Assembly (NCBI GenBank): GCA_963934255.1
Contig: CAWVXU010000028.1
Coordinates: forward strand, 1 to 29,035
DNA length: 29,035 nt
From: an uncultured Fibrobacterales bacterium
Lineage (GTDB): Bacteria; Fibrobacterota; Fibrobacteria; Fibrobacterales; CAWVXU01
Reading direction: 5' to 3'
The translations under genes and the position numbers were made by a program. Positions 19,595-28,851 of the stretch are shown piece after piece. Each line of letters begins with the position of its first letter. The stretch's first letter is position 1. The notes under the pieces were generated by a model. The model was not told the origin of the DNA. It saw only the letters and a program-made list of their open reading frames with translations, and made no database searches.

Positions 19595-21550
19595 CTAAAG
19601 TGGTCTACTTTTTCTAATTAGAATCAAATTTTTCATTTTTTGTATGAAAAGGCTATTATTTTCAAGCTCGTCTAAGCTAACCGCCATCCGCCAGTTCCAA
19701 TTTGTGTCGTTTTGAGTACCAGGGATATTGATGCGCTCTTCTTCTGAAGTGGGAGACCTGAGGTCATAATCAATACTTAACCAATCTTGAAGTGGTAAAA
19801 TAGCAATCAAACTATTTGCAGATAGATTGCGAGCAACTACGGCATAAGCTAAGTCGTCAGTCAGATAATCAGGTAGTTCATCCCAACCAAGTAGATTCTT
19901 GTATTGTTCAACATCCAGGTCCTTTTCATCCCACCAAAGCCGAAGATTGGATGTATCATGGCAGGCAGGAGAACAAACCGATAATCTTGGGTACTCTTCT
20001 ACTGGAATATAGGGGTCACCAGCTTCATGATAATTTCTTGCCCAACGTTCAATTTTGAGACTGAGGATGTTTAAATTAGCAAGAGTTGGAGCCACACAAT
20101 TCGGCACAACACCGAGGTCTTCAGCACATACCAACATGTCGGTTTCATCCCGCATCATTTTGAGTAGACCATGTCCGTTTTCACCCCAGAACTGATCCTG
20201 AGATTGTTCTTTGTCGCCTAAGACTTGACGAATGCGCTCTTGAATTTCAGGGCTTTCGTTTTTATAAACATCACTCTCGTACCAATACCAGAAGGGATAA
20301 AGTTGACTTGGGTTCTCTTCATACTGATTAAAGATTCGATTACTCATAAGCCTGAGAAAATTATTCCTGGTCTGCTCATCAAGATTTTTCAGTTCATTTT
20401 CACCTAAAAATGAGCGAAGTTTAAAATGAGTTGTGTTCCCAAAAAGTCCTTCAAAGAAGGGTTGATTAGCTAGGGTTAAGGGGTCTAAACCACGAGCTTG
20501 AAGTTCTTCAACACTATAGCTTGGATTAGTCCAATGCAAAATTTGGCCTTCATGAAACCCGGCCGTCTGTAATTCAGTTACCTTGAATGCTTGAGAGGGA
20601 ACAAAACGGCCAAGCATCCCACTATTGTGTTTTTCAGGTGTTTGCCAAATCCGAAAGAACCCAAGAACATGGTCAATTCTAAAAGCGTGATAGAATTTAG
20701 ATGCTTGCTGAAGCCGATCTTTCCACCATTGATAATTTGAGGTTTTAAGTACATCCCATTGATAACAAGGGAAGCGCCAATTTTGGCCATCTGTACAGAA
20801 CATATCAGGAGGAGCGCCTGCGCGATTATTCATATCAAACAATTGACGATGACCCCATACATCAGCACTATCTTCGCTGATCAAAATCGGAATATCGCCT
20901 TTAATTTTTACGCCAATAGCTTCACAGTCTTGAGCTGCGGCTTGGAATTGTTTTTCACACCAATATTGAATCCATGCGTAGAAAAGAACGCTTTCGTAAT
21001 TCTTTACCCAGAGTTGGTCAATTTCTTTGGTGCTTGGATCTCGTAATTCTGTCCAATCAATCCATGAGGCTTGGTTGTTTTTTTTCTTTAACATACGATA
21101 GACACTATAAACGCGTACCCAAGAATTATCTTGAATCCACGTGTGAAGATCGGAATCTTTGAGTAGATCAGGCTTCGTGTGTTCAAAGACGTCTCTTAAC
21201 AAATTTATTTTAAAGCGATAAGTTTGTGAATAATCAATACGAGTAGGTGTGTCGTATTTGGATTTCCAATCAGCTAGCTCTTCTTTATAAGCCTCAAATC
21301 CAGGAATACTTCCAAGTCGCAAATAGGTGGGATTTAAAGCAAATGCTGAAAGGGCTGAGTAAGGGGAAGACTGTTCACCTGTATCGTTGAGAGGCAAAAG
21401 TTGAATTAAATCCATTTCACATTCGTGGGCCCATGTTGCTAGTTTCATCAAATCGGGATATTCACCAATACCTACTGATTCTGTTGACCAAAGTCCTGAT
21501 AAAGGGAGTGAAACTCCTGATTGAAAATGAGTGATGTCTGAATATTTCAT
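19595..21550 (-). CDS. malQ: 4-alpha-glucanotransferase (amylomaltase, GH77)
   Basis: QLLPLND, SSPYS, GDIPI, GAPPD, FRIDHVLGFFRIW, AEDLG, HD, RINIPG, NWNWRM. Confidence 0.95.
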   Translation of the reverse strand: MKYSDITHFQSGVSLPLSGLWSTESVGIGEYPDLMKLATWAHECEMDLIQLLPLNDTGEQSSPYSALSAFALNPTYLRLGSIPGFEAYKEELADWKSKYDTPTRIDYSQTYRFKINLLRDVFEHTKPDLLKDSDLHTWIQDNSWVRVYSVYRMLKKKNNQASWIDWTELRDPSTKEIDQLWVKNYESVLFYAWIQYWCEKQFQAAAQDCEAIGVKIKGDIPILISEDSADVWGHRQLFDMNNRAGAPPDMFCTDGQNWRFPCYQWDVLKTSNYQWWKDRLQQASKFYHAFRIDHVLGFFRIWQTPEKHNSGMLGRFVPSQAFKVTELQTAGFHEGQILHWTNPSYSVEELQARGLDPLTLANQPFFEGLFGNTTHFKLRSFLGENELKNLDEQTRNNFLRLMSNRIFNQYEENPSQLYPFWYWYESDVYKNESPEIQERIRQVLGDKEQSQDQFWGENGHGLLKMMRDETDMLVCAEDLGVVPNCVAPTLANLNILSLKIERWARNYHEAGDPYIPVEEYPRLSVCSPACHDTSNLRLWWDEKDLDVEQYKNLLGWDELPDYLTDDLAYAVVARNLSANSLIAILPLQDWLSIDYDLRSPTSEEERINIPGTQNDTNWNWRMAVSLDELENNSLFIQKMKNLILIRKSRPL

Positions 21551-23340
21551 TAGTTCGAGTCTTTCTGATCATCCCAGTCTAAAAACTTGGGCAAAAGTGT
21601 GCATATCGTAGAAGGTGAGGGAACAAGGTCTGGGTTGAGTCTAAGCAATCTCACTTGCCTAGATCTACCTTCAAACTGAATCAAAATTTCAAAGTTATCC
21701 TGAGATGACCAATGATAAGCTTTAAACTTTTTAAACCCAGAACAATATTCCTGTCTTACTTTTGATGGTTTTCCTGAAACACCCACAAGCCGATGGAGTA
21801 CTTCTCCTAAGAGGTCGCTGTTATTTCCTTTGTCTTTTTGGACGAGCATTAAAATCTCTGCCAAGGTATTTTCTCTATAAATGAGAGTATAATCATATCT
21901 GATCTTGTCTTGTATATAATTTTCTTGTAAGACACTTATTTTGTCATTATCCTTTAATCTCTTAAACGCAGTTTCGGGATATTTGGATTTTAGTCCACTT
22001 ATTTGACTACCCCAATCGATAAGATAGTGACCCATGAGGTCCCAATGTCTTTTATGATTTTTATTAGTTGTATCTGAATCATATTGAAGTTTAGCCAGGA
22101 GAGTATCATCATAACTTATTTGTGATTCAGGAACTTCATTACTTACTTGACTTGTGTCAAAATTGTTTTTTGGTACAAAGTCAAGAGGGTTTTCTGTTTC
22201 ATCCGTTGTGGTTTTTTTATTAAGATTCCATCTTGGGTCATTTTTAAAACGGTTTAAATTTTCAGTGTGAAAAGCTCTAGCTTTTTCTAAAAAATCAGGA
22301 GTCGCACTTAGAATGAGTAATTTATAATAGGCAAAAGCTAAACCAGCATTATCTGGGTCGTTTGCTTGAAGACTTTCAAGGGCTTTAATCCCAATACTCA
22401 ACAGAGGCTCGTTTTGGTTGGGAGATTGGGAGATTGGGGGTTCTTTGTGACCTATAGTTTCAATTGCTTCTATATATCGGTCATCTTCAGGGTGAAGCTG
22501 TTGCATACGTTTGTATAAACGATTAGCTTCTTCCAGCTCGGCACGATACTCATGCAAATAGCCTTTATAGAGATTGAGGTCTGAGTTGTAGGGATAAACT
22601 TTTAGGGTGTATTGTAAGAGTTGATCAAGGGAGTCAAGATAACCTTGTTGGTGAAATAGTTGACCTAGCATCACATAACTTGTTTCGCGAGTACGTGGAT
22701 CTAAACTAATTGAGTGTTGTAAACTACGGCGAGCTAAGATATAGTCATCACTCATTATTTCAAGTCGAGCTAGTTCAAAATGAGCTTGACTGAATTGAGG
22801 GCTGCTTTTTATAATTTTATGAATGACTTGCCGTGCGTCTTGAGAATTTTCAATCTGTTCGTCAATCAGTGCTCTTTGTAGAGAAACACTAGGGTGTTGG
22901 TTACTTTTAAGGTAATGATGAATTTTCCGGCGAATGTCGAGTAGAACTTCAGGCATTTGTTTGGAGGCAAGTGCGCTTTGAGCTAGTAAAGCTAGTAGGT
23001 GAGTGTGCTCAGGCCTTTTTTCAATCAGGGTGTCAAGTATAGCCCAGGCTCCATCAGAATCACCCGTCTTATATAAAAGTAAAGCGTGTTTATATGCTTG
23101 TTTGTCTTCACCTAAGTCTTTAACATCATCGCTTTCAAGATCTGCTGCATCACCAATACTGACGCTTTCTTCCATCTCAAGTCCAAATGGAAAATACTCA
23201 GGTACGAAGCTTGGTTGATAAACCATTTCTTTTAACTTCAGAAGACCTAAACCAAGTAAACCAATTAAAACAAACCCTAGAAATAGTTTAGAGTATAATC
23301 TTTTCTTTATTTGTAAAGGAGCAATTGGTCCAGCATTCAT
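21550..23340 (-). CDS. Membrane-anchored tetratricopeptide-repeat protein
   Basis: N-terminal transmembrane helix; TPR-like helices (SPQFSQAHFELARL, SYVMLGQLF, YKGYLHEY); C-terminal domain not recognised. Confidence 0.7.
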   Translation of the reverse strand: MNAGPIAPLQIKKRLYSKLFLGFVLIGLLGLGLLKLKEMVYQPSFVPEYFPFGLEMEESVSIGDAADLESDDVKDLGEDKQAYKHALLLYKTGDSDGAWAILDTLIEKRPEHTHLLALLAQSALASKQMPEVLLDIRRKIHHYLKSNQHPSVSLQRALIDEQIENSQDARQVIHKIIKSSPQFSQAHFELARLEIMSDDYILARRSLQHSISLDPRTRETSYVMLGQLFHQQGYLDSLDQLLQYTLKVYPYNSDLNLYKGYLHEYRAELEEANRLYKRMQQLHPEDDRYIEAIETIGHKEPPISQSPNQNEPLLSIGIKALESLQANDPDNAGLAFAYYKLLILSATPDFLEKARAFHTENLNRFKNDPRWNLNKKTTTDETENPLDFVPKNNFDTSQVSNEVPESQISYDDTLLAKLQYDSDTTNKNHKRHWDLMGHYLIDWGSQISGLKSKYPETAFKRLKDNDKISVLQENYIQDKIRYDYTLIYRENTLAEILMLVQKDKGNNSDLLGEVLHRLVGVSGKPSKVRQEYCSGFKKFKAYHWSSQDNFEILIQFEGRSRQVRLLRLNPDLVPSPSTICTLLPKFLDWDDQKDSN

Positions 23341-23370
23341 AGGGTGATGATCATTTGGGAATATTTTAAA

Positions 23371-24198
23371 TTATTTGGAAATCATGAAGTCTACAAGTTT
23401 GTCTTTGTATTCTTTGTGTTTTAAAAGTTTACGAAGAGTTTTGTTTTTGATCTGACGCACGCGTTCACGAGTCAATTTCAGCTCTTTACCAATTTCGTCA
23501 AGAGTGTATTCTCTTGGGTAATTGATACCATAAAACATTCTTAGAACCTTCTCTTCACGAGGAGGAATCTCTTCTAGAATGTCATCTATGATTGTGGTTA
23601 GTTCACGCTTTTCAGTGTTGGCTTCTTGTTTGCCTTCTTCACCTAGTACATCAAGTAAAGTAGATATGGAGTCCATACCCGAGTCATCACTAATTGGTGA
23701 ATCTAAAGAAACTTCAATAATCTTATCCATGACTTCAGCGATGTCTTTTTCTTGGCCAGCAAACTCTGGTAAAGACATTGTTTTCTCATAGTTACCACCG
23801 TTTTCAACGAGGCGCTTTTTAAATTTATTCACAAGAGCTAGTTTGTTGGGTGGAATACGTACGGACCCTACATGCTCAAACAAAGCTTTTTGGATACTTT
23901 GACGGATCCACCAGACGGCATATGAAATAAACTTCACGCCTTTGGTGTGGTCAAATCGTTTGGCTGCCTTGTATAATCCAAGGTTACCTTCGTTGATAAG
24001 TTCAAGTAAAGAGAGTCCACGACCTTGATATTTGCGGGCAACAGAAATAACGAATCTTAGATTGCCCAAGACAATCTTTTTTAGAGCATTTTCATCACCT
24101 TGAGCCACTAGTTGTATGAGAATTTTCTCTTCTAGAGGGTCAAGGATAGCGTGCCTATTGAGGTCACGAAAGTATAATGATTCACTGTATCGGCTCAT
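23371..24198 (-). CDS. RpoD/SigA-family sigma-70 factor lacking region 1.1
   Basis: NLRFVISVARKYQGRG, EGNLGL, KFISYAVWWIRQSI, VSLDSPI, TLDEIG...LTRERVRQI; 275 aa. Confidence 0.92.
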   Translation of the reverse strand: MSRYSESLYFRDLNRHAILDPLEEKILIQLVAQGDENALKKIVLGNLRFVISVARKYQGRGLSLLELINEGNLGLYKAAKRFDHTKGVKFISYAVWWIRQSIQKALFEHVGSVRIPPNKLALVNKFKKRLVENGGNYEKTMSLPEFAGQEKDIAEVMDKIIEVSLDSPISDDSGMDSISTLLDVLGEEGKQEANTEKRELTTIIDDILEEIPPREEKVLRMFYGINYPREYTLDEIGKELKLTRERVRQIKNKTLRKLLKHKEYKDKLVDFMISK

Positions 24199-24263
24199 GG
24201 TTACCTAAAATCTAAACCTAATTTTTTTAACTCAAATAGTAAAAATTACCCTAGCACCTACAT

Positions 24264-24303
24264 AATATGACAAATTTCTCGAGTTATGTCAATTTATGTC
24301 AAT
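24264..24303 (-). promoter_or_regulatory. Putative promoter/operator of the sigma gene
   Basis: Minus strand: tandem ATTGACATAA twice, giving TTGACA-N17-CATATT with an extended -10 TG; also a TGACA-N14-TGTCA inverted repeat. Confidence 0.55.
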
Positions 24304-24323
24304 GCTATTAATCTTCTATTATA

Positions 24324-24626
24324 TCACATTTGTAACAAATAGTCATAGCTAAATATGCCGGTATGATGCCCGTCACTCCAATCCACAGTCAAAGCATAGC
24401 GCCCCACGTTGTGAATATTATTCGGAAGTATGTCCATTGGCACGGTACTTGGGTCTAGTAATGGGCGTCCTGTAAATTCATCTATACAAGACGCACAAGG
24501 GCAATTCAGACGAAGAGTTCTGATCGGGATATTCTGGACCTGTCCGTTTGACCAAGTTATAGTCAACTGATTATCAGATGTTCGAGAAAAATCCATTGGA
24601 ACGATATAAGTTTTAGTTTTGGCCAC
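24324..24626 (-). CDS. DUF971 / gamma-butyrobetaine hydroxylase-like N-terminal domain protein
   Basis: LRLNCPCASC, VGRYAL, WSDGHHTGIFSYDYL; GGAGG SD. Confidence 0.9.
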   Translation of the reverse strand: MAKTKTYIVPMDFSRTSDNQLTITWSNGQVQNIPIRTLRLNCPCASCIDEFTGRPLLDPSTVPMDILPNNIHNVGRYALTVDWSDGHHTGIFSYDYLLQM

Positions 24627-25751
24627 TTAACCCTCCACCGGCAAGTCATGCCAATTAAAATTGTATTCACCGAGTCCATGGGAGTTATTGCTACTCATCA
24701 ACTCAAGTTGACTATAGACTGAATCAGCCAGGTCAATAAAGGCTCTGCCTGTAGCCGAGTTAGGTTGAGAATAAGTCACTGGAACACCGTGATCTCCACC
24801 ATCAGCAACTGCAGCTTCCATAGGTATTTGACCTAAGAATGGAAGCCCAAGCTTACGAGCGATACGCTCACCACCGCCTGTGCGAAAGATGTAATGCTTT
24901 TTGTCACAGGAATCACAAATGAAGTAACTCATGTTTTCGGCAACTCCAAGGACGGGGACCGAGACCGAGTCGAACATTTGAAGTCCTTTTTCGGCATCGA
25001 GTACACTCACATCTTGGGGAGTCGTTACAATTAAGGCGCCGCTAAGTCGTCCATTTTGCGTCAATGTCAGCTGGATATCGCCTGTGCCTGGCGGCATATC
25101 AATCAGAAGTACATCGAGCTCACCCCAGTGCACTTTGGATATAAAGTTTTGAATCATCTGACTGACCATCGGGCCACGCCAGATCAGAGCTTTGTCGCTT
25201 TCAGCAAACATGGCCATCGAGATCACACGAATTCCACCGGTTGCCGTCACTGGATAAACTGTTTTGTCTGGATTCACGATAGGTGGGTTTTGAATATTCC
25301 ACATCATAACCTGAGAGGGACCATAAATATCAGCATCCATAATACCGACTTTGAGACCTTTTAGGGAGAGTGCGATCGCAAGATTTGCAGTGACGGTTGA
25401 TTTGCCCACACCACCTTTACCTGAAGCGATACCTAGGATGTGTCTGACACCCGTGAGTAGCTCGTTACTAGGAGCTTCTTGCTTGGGCTTTTTAGCAGGC
25501 TCAACGGCGGTGATTTGAAGCTCGACACCTGCGACTCCACTTTGGCTATTGACCTCAGTGAGTATCTGCGCTTTAATGTCTTCTAAATGCTTATTGTGCG
25601 GTTGACGAAGCTCGACCTGAAGGGTTACACAACCCTCGTCGCTTACTTCAACGTGCTTTAAGTATCTCAGTTCTACGAGGGATTTATTAATACCTGGTAG
25701 TGCCACGGCTGATAATGCGTGGTGTATGTCTTTTATAGTTGGATTTGCCAT
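24627..25751 (-). CDS. mrp: Mrp/NBP35 (ApbC) iron-sulfur cluster carrier ATPase
   Basis: N-terminal DUF59-like domain, SGKGGVGKST, DADIYGPS, WRGPM, DMPPGTGD, ENMSYFICDSC; start MANPT. Confidence 0.94.
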   Translation of the reverse strand: MANPTIKDIHHALSAVALPGINKSLVELRYLKHVEVSDEGCVTLQVELRQPHNKHLEDIKAQILTEVNSQSGVAGVELQITAVEPAKKPKQEAPSNELLTGVRHILGIASGKGGVGKSTVTANLAIALSLKGLKVGIMDADIYGPSQVMMWNIQNPPIVNPDKTVYPVTATGGIRVISMAMFAESDKALIWRGPMVSQMIQNFISKVHWGELDVLLIDMPPGTGDIQLTLTQNGRLSGALIVTTPQDVSVLDAEKGLQMFDSVSVPVLGVAENMSYFICDSCDKKHYIFRTGGGERIARKLGLPFLGQIPMEAAVADGGDHGVPVTYSQPNSATGRAFIDLADSVYSQLELMSSNNSHGLGEYNFNWHDLPVEG

Positions 25752-25871
25752 GTTGTTAAAGATACTAAGGATCAATGCCGACTGTTATTAAAATTTCTAA
25801 GATCCACCGATAATCATTCCTATTTAACTCTCTTTAGCCTGGTAATCACCAGCTTAATGATTGAGGGTGAA

Positions 25872-27422
25872 CTAAATCACGCCCCAGGTCAGTTGGAAAA
25901 AACCCGAAAAGTTGTTTTCATCTTGGCTTAAGTCTTGCTCAAGGATGAAGCCCGCTTGGATCTTTGATTGACTCCAATGCCTCCAAGGTAAAATATAAAA
26001 CCCATCCATCGTTTGTCTGAGCTCCTTGAAAATAGGACTTACAGGGCCCTTTGGATTGTTCGTTGCTTGATTGTACTTTTTGGAAAAATCATAGTTTCCT
26101 TTTTGAAGATAACCTAACTCATAACCAAAGCCCCATGTCGCATTTTCCCAAGAAAGCTCCCACCAATAATCCATAACATCAGGTCCACGTAAATACCCGA
26201 TTGGTTGATCTACAACATAAGTATCGACAAATTTTTGCTCTAAATCTTCCATGTCTCGATAATTAGATCGTAAGACTTGTCGTTGAGTAAATGGTAAAAG
26301 TGGGAGGTCGCGATTACCATAAATAGGATCGACAGAAACGACTTCAATCTGAGTTTTCAACTTCCCACCTAAGTACGGTCGTTCATATTGATAACCTAAG
26401 CGCCATGCGATAATATTAGAGGAGTTTTCACTACTTTCGGCATTGCCACCCGTCAAATCATCCATTCCAATTTCGCCAAAAAGAGTGTTGTAGTTTTGAG
26501 TCCATTTGAAATCTATAGAAAGTAGCGTGTTAGCATATCCATCAGGGTAGTTATTGTGATAAACAGTGATCGGTTGGATCTCCCAAAAGCTGGCTTGCTT
26601 ACCACCGATGATGATGGACTCCATGATACCCAATTCTAGTTTGCCTAAATTGTAATCGAGTCGATGCATATAAAGGCTTTTTAATTCATCAGTGTAAGTT
26701 GCGCCACGGGCATTTGAGACGAGGCTTTGAGATTGGAGTTTTTTCTCATCTGTACTGAGTGTGGGGTCAAGTGAGGACCAAAACCAAGTCATCGATGCAT
26801 CGCCTAGCTGGAGCCTAGATTCTAGACCTTTGTGGATAAGCTCAGAATTAATGGTGACACTACGTTTGGGAGTAGGCCCAAAAATTGGTTGGTATTGGCC
26901 TATTTTAAATTTGAAATAATCATCTTGATACTGAGCGAATGCTTGAGGGGTGGAGTTTATATTGAGCTCATTGATACCTTGTGGGATATTAGATCCTAGC
27001 TCGTCTCGATACCACGCCTCAATATCTCGACCTAAACCGCCCTTGGCTTGAAGTGTCCATGGACCACTTTGAAACAAATAAGAAAGTTCTAGAAAATGGG
27101 GTTGTGACTGCCAACTTTGTGCTGTTTCTGAATCAACGCGAAGAGCATACCAATTAGCGCCGGGGTTTGAGTGATTATAATGGTCAAACTCTTGATTGAA
27201 AGTCGCTCGGCGAATACCGGGGTTAAAGGAGGAGTTCAGCCCGACATGAAATTCAGATTGTGAACCAATAGAGGTATCAACTCTTGAGTTATTTTCAGCG
27301 AAAATCAACCCAAATGTGCTCAAAAAAACTAAAAACAGGCTCAAAATAGGACTTTTAAGATCCTTGACAAAGTTTTTATAACAGTTGATTGAGTTCATAA
27401 AATCAATAATAGAAAGCTTCAC
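25872..27422 (-). CDS. Outer-membrane beta-barrel protein, capsule assembly Wzi-like
   Basis: Signal peptide ending LIFA; HRLDY...LELGIMESII, N..LSIDFKW, FGEIGMDDL, PIGYLRGPD resemble Wzi-family proteins. Start is uncertain. Divergent from ugd. Confidence 0.55.
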   Translation of the reverse strand: MKLSIIDFMNSINCYKNFVKDLKSPILSLFLVFLSTFGLIFAENNSRVDTSIGSQSEFHVGLNSSFNPGIRRATFNQEFDHYNHSNPGANWYALRVDSETAQSWQSQPHFLELSYLFQSGPWTLQAKGGLGRDIEAWYRDELGSNIPQGINELNINSTPQAFAQYQDDYFKFKIGQYQPIFGPTPKRSVTINSELIHKGLESRLQLGDASMTWFWSSLDPTLSTDEKKLQSQSLVSNARGATYTDELKSLYMHRLDYNLGKLELGIMESIIIGGKQASFWEIQPITVYHNNYPDGYANTLLSIDFKWTQNYNTLFGEIGMDDLTGGNAESSENSSNIIAWRLGYQYERPYLGGKLKTQIEVVSVDPIYGNRDLPLLPFTQRQVLRSNYRDMEDLEQKFVDTYVVDQPIGYLRGPDVMDYWWELSWENATWGFGYELGYLQKGNYDFSKKYNQATNNPKGPVSPIFKELRQTMDGFYILPWRHWSQSKIQAGFILEQDLSQDENNFSGFFQLTWGVI

Positions 27423-27469
27423 TTCACTTTATTACATTATGTGGGTAATTTAAGTTTTTAGGAGCAGAT

Positions 27470-28849
27470 ATGTCATCGTTTGAAAAGATCATTACTTGTA
27501 TTGGTGCCGGCTATGTTGGTGGGCCTACTATGGCCAAAATTGCTGAAAAATGCCCACAATATAAAGTGACTTTGGTGGATATCAATGAAGCGCGTATTCA
27601 TGCTTGGAATTCCGATCAACTTCCTATTTATGAGCCGGGCCTTGAAGAAGTGGTCATGGCACAGCGTGGTAAAAATCTATTCTTTTCCACCGATGTGGTT
27701 CAGGGGATTAAAGATGCTGATATCATCTTTGTGTCCGTGAATACCCCGACTAAGACTTATGGGCAAGGTGCGGGTAGAGCCTCCAACCTTGAGTTTATCG
27801 AAAAGACGGCTCGCTCAATTCTAGAGCATGCTGAAGGCGATAAGATTATTGTTGAAAAATCAACTCTACCTGTTCGAACCGCAGAAGCTCTTGAGCGTAT
27901 CTTGAGTACTAATACTAAAGGTCTTCATTTTGATATTGTGTCCAATCCTGAGTTTTTAGCTGAAGGTACTGCAATGACAGACCTTGAGCTGCCGGATCGT
28001 GTTTTGATTGGTTCTCATGAGACTCCAGAAGGACTCAAAGCCCGTCAGACGATGGTGGATATTTATGCTAATTGGATTCCTCTTGATCGTATCTTAACGA
28101 CTAATGTTTGGTCTTCGGAACTTTCCAAATTAACCGCCAACGCATTTCTTGCGCAGCGCATTTCTTCGATCAATGCAATCTCTGCACTGTGTGAAAAGAC
28201 AGAAGCAGATGTCGATGAAGTAGCATTTGCCATCGGTAAAGATACTCGTATTGGGCCGAAGTTTTTAAAAGCATCAGTGGGTTTTGGTGGATCTTGTTTT
28301 AAGAAAGATATCTTAAACTTAGCTTACCTTTCATCATACTATGGTCTTGATGAAGTCGCTGCATATTGGCAGTCTGTCGTGGATATTAATGAATGGCAAG
28401 AGCGTCGTTTTGTTCGCAACATGTTGACTTCAATGTTTAATACTATTTCCGATAAAAAGATAGCGGTCTTGGGATTTGCTTTTAAAGCAGACACAGGTGA
28501 TACTCGTGAATCTCCAGCTTATACAGTAGTTCGCGAACTCCTTGAGGAAAAAGCTAAAGTTGTAGTGACTGATCCAAAAGCACTGAAGAATGCTAAACTT
28601 GATTTAGCTGATGTAGCTGATAAAGTGGACTTTGAAGAAGATGTTTATAAAGCAGTTGAGGGCGCTCACGCGATCGCCATTGTGACTGAGTGGAAAGAAT
28701 ATAAAGAGCTTGATTTTGATCGTATTCTTAAATCTATGGCACAACCTGCTTGTATTTTTGATGGTCGTAACATACTTGATCACGATGCTTTGTATCAAAA
28801 AGGCTTCAATGTTTTCCCGATTGGGAAAACAGCTAAGACTCATTTTTAA
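27470..28849 (+). CDS. ugd: UDP-glucose 6-dehydrogenase
   Basis: IGAGYVG Rossmann motif, [17 protein letters not shown], catalytic [28 protein letters not shown]. Confidence 0.96.
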   Translation: MSSFEKIITCIGAGYVGGPTMAKIAEKCPQYKVTLVDINEARIHAWNSDQLPIYEPGLEEVVMAQRGKNLFFSTDVVQGIKDADIIFVSVNTPTKTYGQGAGRASNLEFIEKTARSILEHAEGDKIIVEKSTLPVRTAEALERILSTNTKGLHFDIVSNPEFLAEGTAMTDLELPDRVLIGSHETPEGLKARQTMVDIYANWIPLDRILTTNVWSSELSKLTANAFLAQRISSINAISALCEKTEADVDEVAFAIGKDTRIGPKFLKASVGFGGSCFKKDILNLAYLSSYYGLDEVAAYWQSVVDINEWQERRFVRNMLTSMFNTISDKKIAVLGFAFKADTGDTRESPAYTVVRELLEEKAKVVVTDPKALKNAKLDLADVADKVDFEEDVYKAVEGAHAIAIVTEWKEYKELDFDRILKSMAQPACIFDGRNILDHDALYQKGFNVFPIGKTAKTHF

Positions 28850-28851
28850 TT

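Noticed and set aside
25803..25821. Fur-box-like GATAATCATT upstream of mrp
   Set aside because: Only about 11 of 19 positions match, essentially a half site. The context is plausible but the match is too weak in AT-rich DNA.
26832..26840. Perfect DnaA box (TGTGGATAA)
   Set aside because: Single, inside a CDS (encodes LIHK on the minus strand) and not clustered.
12922..28843. Remaining short ORFs overlapping rsmG, rnpA, yidC, mnmE, malQ, TPR, sigma, mrp and ugd
   Set aside because: They lie mostly within well-supported genes, on the opposite strand or in another frame, with no independent evidence.
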